Assembly (NCBI RefSeq): GCF_009914755.1 | Contig: NC_060937.1 | From: the human T2T-CHM13v2.0 reference genome, Homo sapiens | Direction: 5' to 3' (one strand) | Length of the DNA: 64,000 nucleotides | In this document: piece after piece, positions 56,625-64,000 of the stretch | How the letters are laid out: each line of letters starts with the position of its first letter | Position numbering within the stretch: position 1 is the first letter of the stretch | Notes under the pieces: model-generated | What the model saw: only the letters and a program-made list of their open reading frames with translations | Database searches by the model: none | What the model was told of the DNA's origin: nothing | Program-made: the position numbers and the translations under genes

Positions 56625-56903
56625 CTCATGTTCTCACTTATAAGTGGGAGTTGAACAATGAGAACACATGGACACAGGGAAGGGAACATCACACACTGGG
56701 GCCTGTCAGGGGTTGGGGGCTAGGGGAGGGAGAGCATTAGGACAAATACCTAATGCATGCAGGGCTTAAAACCTAGATGATGGGTTGATGGGTGCAGCAA
56801 ACCACCATGGCATATGTATACCTATGTAACAAACATGCATGTTCTGCACATGTATCCCAGAGCTTAAAGTAAACGAATTTATTGCATCATTAAAAATTTT
56901 TTT
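56625..56903 (+). mobile_element. Short L1PA 3' end
   Basis: atgttctcacttataagtgggag...gtatcccagagcttaaagt; TSD aaaaa(g/a)ggctggtatg at 56609 and 56904. Confidence 0.95.
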
Positions 56904-57051
56904 AAAAAAGGCTGGTATGAAGTAAAGTTCTTGATTGTGGCTAATAATTAGACCAAAAAATTGTAATCACAAACCGCTTTTATATATTTTTTCAGTTCTC
57001 TTCAAATAAGAAAGTACATGAGAGAACACAGGTTAGTTGAAAACATGTTCT

Positions 57052-57244
57052 AATGAGAACACATGGACACAGGAAGGGGAACATCACACACCAGGGCCTG
57101 TTGTGGGGTGGGGGGAGGGGGAGGGATAGCATTTGGAGATATACCTAATGTTAAATGACGAGTTACTGGGTTCGGCACACCAACATGGCACATGTATACA
57201 TATGTAACTAACCTGCACGTTGTGCACATGTACCCTAAAACAAG
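57052..57244 (+). mobile_element. Short young L1PA 3' end
   Basis: ggagggatagcatttggagatatacctaatg...catgtaccctaaaa; TSD-like aaaa(c/a)atgttct. Confidence 0.93.
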
Positions 57245-57303
57245 AAAAAATGTTCTGAGAACAAGAGATCATCTAAAGCTGTAAAACACAGTTTGATAAG
57301 GTA

Positions 57304-58075
57304 CAGGCTTACCTCCTTTTATTTTGCTTCATTTTATTGTGGGACACAGATACTTTTTTTTTTTTTTTTGGTTTTTTGTTTGTTTGTTTGTTTGTTTTAA
57401 CAAGTTGAAAGTTTGTGGCAACTCCGCACTGGGGAAATGCTCACTTAATGTTACTGTGTCACATTTTGGTAATTCTCCCAATATTTTCAACTTTTTCATT
57501 ATGATTATACCTGTTTTGGTGATCTGTGATCAATGATCTTTGATGTTACTATTGTAACTGTTTTGGGGGTTCCACGAACTATGCCCATATAAGACGATGA
57601 ACTTAATAAATGTTGCGTGTGTTCTGACTGTTCCACCAACAACTGATTACCCCATCTCTCTCCCATTCCTTGGGGCTCCCTATTCCCTGAATCACAACAA
57701 TATTGAAATTACGTCAATTAATAATCTTACCATGGTCTCAAATGAAAGGAAGACTTGCATGTCTCTCACTCTAAATCAAATGCTAAAAATGATTCAGCTT
57801 GGTGAAGAAGGCATGTCAAAGTCCTAGACAGAACAAAAGCTAGGCCTCTTGCACAGTTTGCCAAACTGTGAATGAAAAACAAAAGTTCTTGAAGGAAATT
57901 AAAAGCTACTCTAGTGGACGCACAAATAACAAAAAGCAAAACAGCCTTATTGCTGATATGGAGAAAGTTTGAGGGTTCTGAATAAAAGATCAAACCAACC
58001 ACATTCCCTTAAGCCACAACCTCATCCAGAGGAAAGCCCTAACTTCATTCTGTTCTATGAAGGTTAAGAGAGAGG
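57304..58075 (+). mobile_element. Tigger1 5' fragment
   Basis: TA then caggcttacctccttttatt (TIR-like); transposase-like peptide ERKTCMSLTLNQMLKMIQLGEEGMSK in ORF 57597-57827. Confidence 0.9.
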
Positions 58076-58689
58076 GTATTAATGATATTCTAGTCTGTAC
58101 TCAAGGATCTGCCCCAAATGGGGTCGAAATCTGCATCCTGTGATTCTATGAACTCAAATCTGTTCAAGAACTGAATGTTCTTAAAACTGTATTACCATAA
58201 CAACAACCAAGCAAAATTAACAAAAAATTATGATGATGATAATCATCATCATCATCGTCAACTATCTATTGTTTGTCTATGCAACAAAGAACAGGCAATT
58301 ATATGATTAATGTTAAGAAAGCCCTTCGACAAAGTGTTTTAGTCACGAATGAGTGGCCTAAACTCATGTACACACAGTTGGGATCCCATATATTGCATTG
58401 CTAAAACCTAAATGTTGTTCCTGTCCTATGCACGTGGCATAGGACCCAGACTATCATCTCTCCCAAGTTGTCTTCTTACACTGACAAGTATAATGCTTCA
58501 CTATCCTACAGAAATTTCTGAAAGACTGGCTATAAATCTCCTTAAGAGCAGATAAAATACCGTATTTGTGTATTTCTAGCATCTTGAGCATTGCTTGGTA
58601 CATGGAAAGGGCTCAATAAAAATATATGGAAGGAACTATCAAAATTAATGCCACAAAATGAGGAGAAGATGGATGTTATGTGGCTCTAG

Positions 58690-59290
58690 ATGTTATGCCT
58701 TGGGAAGAACACAGCCCCACTGGGATAGTATATTGGCTTAGCATACCTGACCTGAGCCTAAACATGAAGAAACATCAGATGCAAAATGAGAAACATTCTA
58801 TTAAGAAAAGGACTGTATTTTTCAAAAATGTCAATTTTATAAATTATTTTTAAAAGACTAAGAAAATGCTCAAGATTAAAGAGACTAAAGAGAAATGACA
58901 ACTAAATATAGCACGTGACCCTAATTTAGATTCAGTAATGAAGGGAAACAAATGCTATAAAGGACATTATTGGGTCAAATGACAAAATTGGAAGTTGGAT
59001 GTCAGATCAGATCAAAGTATTGTCAATGAAATATTTACTGAGCTGATAAATATACTGTGTTTGCATACAAGAGAACATCTTTATTGTTAATAAATACTCT
59101 GAAATAACTATGGATTAGATGATAGGTAAAGGCCCATAATATGTGCATCTTACTCTCAAATGCTTCAGAAAATATTATATAGACAGAGAAAATGCTAAAA
59201 CACATGGAGGCAAAATATTAATAATTGATGAATCTTGGTAAAGAATACATGACAGTTTTTACACTGTTCCTGGACTTCTCTAAGTTTAAA
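58690..59290 (+). mobile_element. Old L1 (L1ME/MC-like) 3'UTR
   Basis: agattaaagagactaaagagaaatgacaactaaat...aaaggacattattggg...tactctcaaatgcttcagaa. Confidence 0.75.
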
Positions 59291-59291
59291 T

Positions 59292-59612
59292 TGTTTTGTT
59301 GTTTTTTTGTATTGTTTTGTTTTGTTTTGTTTTAGACAGGGTTTCACTTTGTCATCCAGGCTGGAGTGCAATGGCACTATCTCATCTCACTGCAACCTCC
59401 GCCTCCTGGGCTCCAGTGATCTTCCTGTAGGCCTCCCGAGTAGCTGGGACTACAGGCATGTGCCACCATGCCTGGCTCATTTTTGTATTTTTAGTAAAGA
59501 CAGGGTTTCACCTTGTTGCCCAGGCTGGTCTCAAACTCCTGGACTCATGCGACCTGCCTGCCTCTGCTTCCCAAACTGCTGGGATTAAAGACATGAGCCA
59601 TTGCACCTAGCT
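59292..59612 (-). mobile_element. Alu (AluJ-like)
   Basis: (TTTTG)n tail, agacagggtttcactttgtcatccaggctggagtgcaatgg. Confidence 0.93.
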
Positions 59613-61514
59613 TAAATTCTTTTTTCAAACACAAATTAAAAAAAATTACGTCAGCTATATCAGATATTTCAATATGTCAGCTATATCAGATATTTATTAA
59701 TAACTAGTTAAAGATTTACCCTTTCTACTATCCACATATACTGTTTCACTGGTCATACGGACAGTGTTCTCATGATAAGTATTTTTCCTGCTTAGCAATG
59801 AGGTTTTTGAGAAGTTTATTCAAGTATTAGGTAGAAAACAAATGGTTCATGATTTTCTTAACAGAGTTCTCCAGAAATACCAGGTTTGAAACTCGACAGA
59901 GGGTGTGGACATTAGCTAGATTCTAGTCTATTGGTCTATCATGTTTTAATGGCAAATTTACAATTGTAAAGTTTATGAAGTCTGCTTAACTATTACCTGT
60001 TACTGAGTTAGGACTGCATATGCAATGTGCATTTGTTAGTGTAAGAAATTACTGTTCTGTTTGACTCTATTTGAAATAAATATTAAGTTATCTTTTAAAA
60101 GCTTATCAAAAACAAAAACAAAAAGCAGAGCACATGCCCTCTTTAAAGTTTTGCTTTGCTTTTATAAATAAAGAAAAAAATTTATACTGCTGGAGAAATG
60201 CTTTGGTAAAGTATTTTTGTGTGTGTCTTCTAATTAAATATTCATTAGTAAGAAGCAAGAAGTCATCAGAGTGGTTAATGTACCAGCAAGTGAGAATGGG
60301 GTACTTTGCACTTAGGTTACCTTGTCCTGATTGGGAGGTGAGACCTCTGGATTTCATCAAAGTGAAAGACAAAGAAATCTCTTATTACTTTCTCCATTCT
60401 TCTATTCCTTTCTGAGGGAAAGAAGACTAAGAAACAAGGGTGGAAGGAAATAATCATATAAGTGCAAATCTGATCCTAAGTAATGAATGGACATATTATC
60501 TAATATACTTAATTAAAACACAGCATAGAAGAAAAATGATTTCTTGTTTGATCAAATAAGATGCTACAGAGAAGGAAAACAGGGATATTTTGATTCATTT
60601 CAAGCCTTTATATCTTTTCAGAACTGCAAGAAACAGACAAAATCCTGTGAATAAATTGAGATTTCAGAATAAATTTATGTGTTATCTCTAAGAAAAAAAC
60701 CAGAGGTGGCAATTAGAAGGGCAGCTCTTGTCAAAGCCTAGTTATTTTCTTCTAAGTTTGGAAGAAAAAAAACTCATCATCTGGCTTTTAAAAGTTCAGC
60801 ATTTTCTACTTTTTTTCTATTTTCTCCAACATGACTAATTTGTTACTTTTAATAAACATTATACTTGTTTAGGGAGGTAACTGTGGGTGAATAAAGTTCT
60901 ACATCTTTAAAGCCTTATTTAATATGTTTACAAAAAGCTGAGCTGAGATTCTGACAGTGTTCAACTTGACAAATGACAGGCAAAGTTCAATGAAAGAGCT
61001 CTCAAAACTTTTCAGTAAATATGAGAGTTTCCTAGCTAAAGAAGTGACACTTTCATAGGGAAATAACTTTTCTTTATATCTTACCTAATGAAATCATTAA
61101 CTGATATTTAGACAGTATATGGGTGAGAACAATAACATCCTATACAAGAACTTTTAAGTAAGGTGGCCCTCTGTGCACTAAAAACACAGAAGAGATAAGT
61201 TCAAAGATGTGCAACGTTATATTAAAAAGAATGACTAGCAAACAGGCAAGAAAGCACATTGACAGAAATATCATAACTAAAGGAAGAATATGAGAATCAA
61301 TAGAATGTTTGCCCTGAAATGAAGCCTGGAGAAAGCAGTTAATCAAGCAAATTTACCAGACAGGGATGATGTTACTTTCAAAGACAAACATGGACATCTG
61401 CTCTGTCTTTAGATATATTCCTGAATCCATTAAATAGTAGGAATATATCACACTCCTTGTTCTGATTCCATTCTCACTAGGGAACTGGACAGTTTTATTT
61501 TCTGAAGAGCCTTC

Positions 61515-62090
61515 TGTGGTAGGCATCCTCTAAGATGATCAGCAATGCCCCCTGCCTCCTACAATTACAGCCATACATGATACCTTCTCCTTAAGTGTGG
61601 GTTGTACCTAGGGACTTGCTTCTAATGAGGAGAATATGGTAATAATGATGGGATGTCACTTTCAAGATTAGGTTCTAAAAAGACGGTAACTTGCAAGTTG
61701 TGGGCACACTCTTCTTCCCCAGATCTATTCACCTGCTTGATCTGATGAAGCAGGCTGCCATGTATTGAGCTGCCCTGTGGAGAGTACCGTGTGGCAAGGA
61801 ACTGATGGTGGCCTCTGGCCAATGGCCAGCAAGGAACCCAGGCCCTCAGTCTAGCACTCTTGAGGACAGGAGGCATGGCAACAGCCACATTAGTCAGCTT
61901 GGAAGTGGAGTGTCCCTCAGTGGAGTCTAGAGATGACTGTAGGCCTGCCAACACCTTCCTGTAGCCTGGGGTACCCAAAGCAGAAGGCCCAGCTAAGCTA
62001 GTCCCCAATTCCTCACACACAGAAACTGTGAGGTAGTAAATATTCTTTTAAGCCATGAAGTTTTGAGGTAATTTGTTGTGACACTAATAG
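61515..62090 (+). mobile_element. MLT1-family MaLR LTR
   Basis: tgtggtaggcatcctctaagatg...gtggcaaggaactga..gcctctggcca...cacagaaactgtgag...ttttgaggtaatttgtt. Confidence 0.9.
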
Positions 62091-62435
62091 TCATTCCGTG
62101 ATAGAAAAGATGTTCTGGTCAATGTCACAGGTAAATATTTTAGTTCTTGTGAGTTTTAGTGTGTTAGTACCTCTGTTTGCTTTCTTCTGAAATACAGAGA
62201 AGATTGCTAACATAATTCCAGATCATGTGAACTCACCAAACCAAATGCTGCCTTTGATTTCTCCTAGGAGCCTGCCTGCCTTTCAGAGGAACAAGGCTAA
62301 CTTGCATGTTTCCCAGAACATTTATTGTTCTTAATGTGCAAAAATCAAAACAAACATCTGATTTGCTATTGAAAAGATAAATTATTCTAAATCACAAACT
62401 ATTTATTTTCACACTTTTAAAAGATTTGTTTTGTC

Positions 62436-62586
62436 ATACACACACAAACACACACACACATACCTCTCCATATATAGAGATAGATAGATATATCATATAC
62501 CTATCTCTCCATATATGGAGTCTATATAGACAGATAGATATAGATAGATATATCCATATCTACCTATATGTGTACCTATATATATC
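62436..62586. repeat. Compound (CA)n / (TAGA)n / (TATC)n microsatellite
   Basis: Directly visible low-complexity tract. Confidence 0.85.
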
Positions 62587-62844
62587 TTCTTCAGTAGGTG
62601 GAAATAATTTGCTTGTATTATCCTAGGGTGCTTTGATTGTACTGGGAATAAAAACAGATTTTCCTTAAAGAGCAATATTATTTCATGATATCTGGTGGCC
62701 TTCTCAGAAATAAAAACAATAATTCGAAATAGTTTAATTCTCAGATCAAAAATATCTCAGAATAATAATGATCATATCACGTAACTAGATGGACTGCGAC
62801 AGAACTTACCCAGGCAATTGTTTAGCTCCCTACTGCTGAAGTTG

Positions 62845-62859
62845 TTACAGTTTAATGAA
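62845..62859 (-). CDS. Last coding nucleotides (FIKL*) in a 50-nt penultimate exon (62810-62859) of the unidentified gene
   Basis: Strong acceptor ttttcctcttttgctttttgtcAG and consensus donor TGG|GTAAGT; phase-0 join to the upstream exon gives TTC ATT AAA CTG TAA, with the stop 35 nt before the last junction (NMD-escape range). Confidence 0.7.
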   Translation of the reverse strand, partial: FIKL

Positions 62860-63915
62860 CTGACAAAAAGCAAAAGAGGAAAACCACATTCTAGATCTGT
62901 CCCTTAAAAGCATCTAAAAAGATACCAGATTGAATGAAACAAGGCAACATATTTAGTGTTCCTGAGAACTTTTGATTTAGTGATTGTAATTGGCTGAGAT
63001 CTATTTCAGTTAAATCTGGTATCTTACCATTTTTAAAGCTATTGTTTATCATACTTCATATTTTCTAAGGAAACAGACCTCATCCTTTGCAAATTGCTCA
63101 TGAAAAGATCAACAAACTGGTCACAAACAATAACAAATGTAAGACACTAAGTGCTTTCTAAAATGGAAAGCAGTAACAACAAAAAAAGGCAAAATGTCCT
63201 ATTACAAAAAACTGTAATGCTAATAGATAATTTTGCAATTTACAAATTGTCTCTATCTCTAGAAACAAAGAATTTCAGGAAACATCTGAGCACTATGGAC
63301 TTATAATTTACATCTTTTGAAAGTTCCGGTTTGTTCTCAGCATATATTAAATTTCACAAGATTGCCAAACTTCTTTAATATAATTTCAAAAAATAAACAC
63401 AAAAACTCTACAACTAAACATGCAAAGTATATTATAATAAATGTGCATATATTTAGAAAGAAGATAAATGCTGATATATGTATATTTCATGCCCATTGTG
63501 AAATTCTGCCCTGGGTCATGGTAACATAGGCCACTATTTCCATTAAAATTAATAGCTTGTGGCTGTGGTTACTGTCAGTATTGCCTTATTTTCCCATCAC
63601 TAGTGATTGTGACATGAATAAAATTAACTTATGTCACCATGTAGATCATTATATCCTGAATTAAGGTTAGATTTCGAGAAGCATTATGAATTTAAGGAAT
63701 TCATCTAGCCTTAGTTCTAAACCACTTTATAATAAAAATCTTTATTTTCCCACCATAGGGACTCTATACCACTCTTTTAGGGCTAATTCACAGTTGCAGT
63801 TGGACGATAGCAAACTGTTCAATGCAAAATGCTGATTTTATCTTAAAATCCATGGTCATCTACATTGATTTCAACTGGACAGACTTCAATTTCATTTCTT
63901 CTCAGGAAAACCTAC

Positions 63916-64000
63916 TTGCATGGCTTTAAGAATATTAACTTCTATGTCTTGGATAATAAACGTTGGCTGTTTCCCCGTCAGGTTTTGGTAGCATCGTGGT
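63916..64000 (-). CDS. Internal coding exon (partial, runs off window) of the unidentified gene: ...PRCYQNLTGKQPTFIIQDIEVNILKAMQ
   Basis: Donor CAA|GTAGGT; only one of three minus frames is open over the 85 nt and it ends in phase 0; CpG-containing and GC-richer than the flank. Confidence 0.7.

Noticed and set aside
63916-64000. Resemblance of FIIQDIEV / EVNILKAMQF to TLDc-domain ends or a cyclin-box helix
   Set aside because: Too short and ambiguous to assign a family or gene symbol without a database search

Overview
AT-rich, CpG-depleted primate (human-like) genomic DNA dominated by Alu, L1, L2, MIR, MaLR/ERVL LTR and Tigger/MER relics; nothing prokaryotic (no operons, rRNA/tRNA or CRISPR). 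Almost every ORF in the supplied track is a chance or repeat-derived frame. Two genic signals stand out. (1) The 3' end of an unidentified minus-strand spliced protein-coding gene: a coding exon running off the right edge (63916-64000), a 50-nt stop-containing exon (62810-62859) and a ~3.5 kb terminal 3'UTR exon (~44412-47875) with AATAAA at 44431-44436. (2) A heavily decayed, intronless plus-strand retrocopy of the C-terminal catalytic region of a retinal membrane guanylyl cyclase, most like GUCY2F (13273-14250), interrupted by a THE1/MST LTR and ending in AATAAA plus an A-run. Several retroelement rearrangements are also visible: an Alu and an L1 with twin-priming-type 5' inversions, and an inverted L1 3' end bounded by a 28-bp inverted repeat. 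Repeat subfamily names and most boundaries were called by eye from remembered consensus sequences and are approximate.
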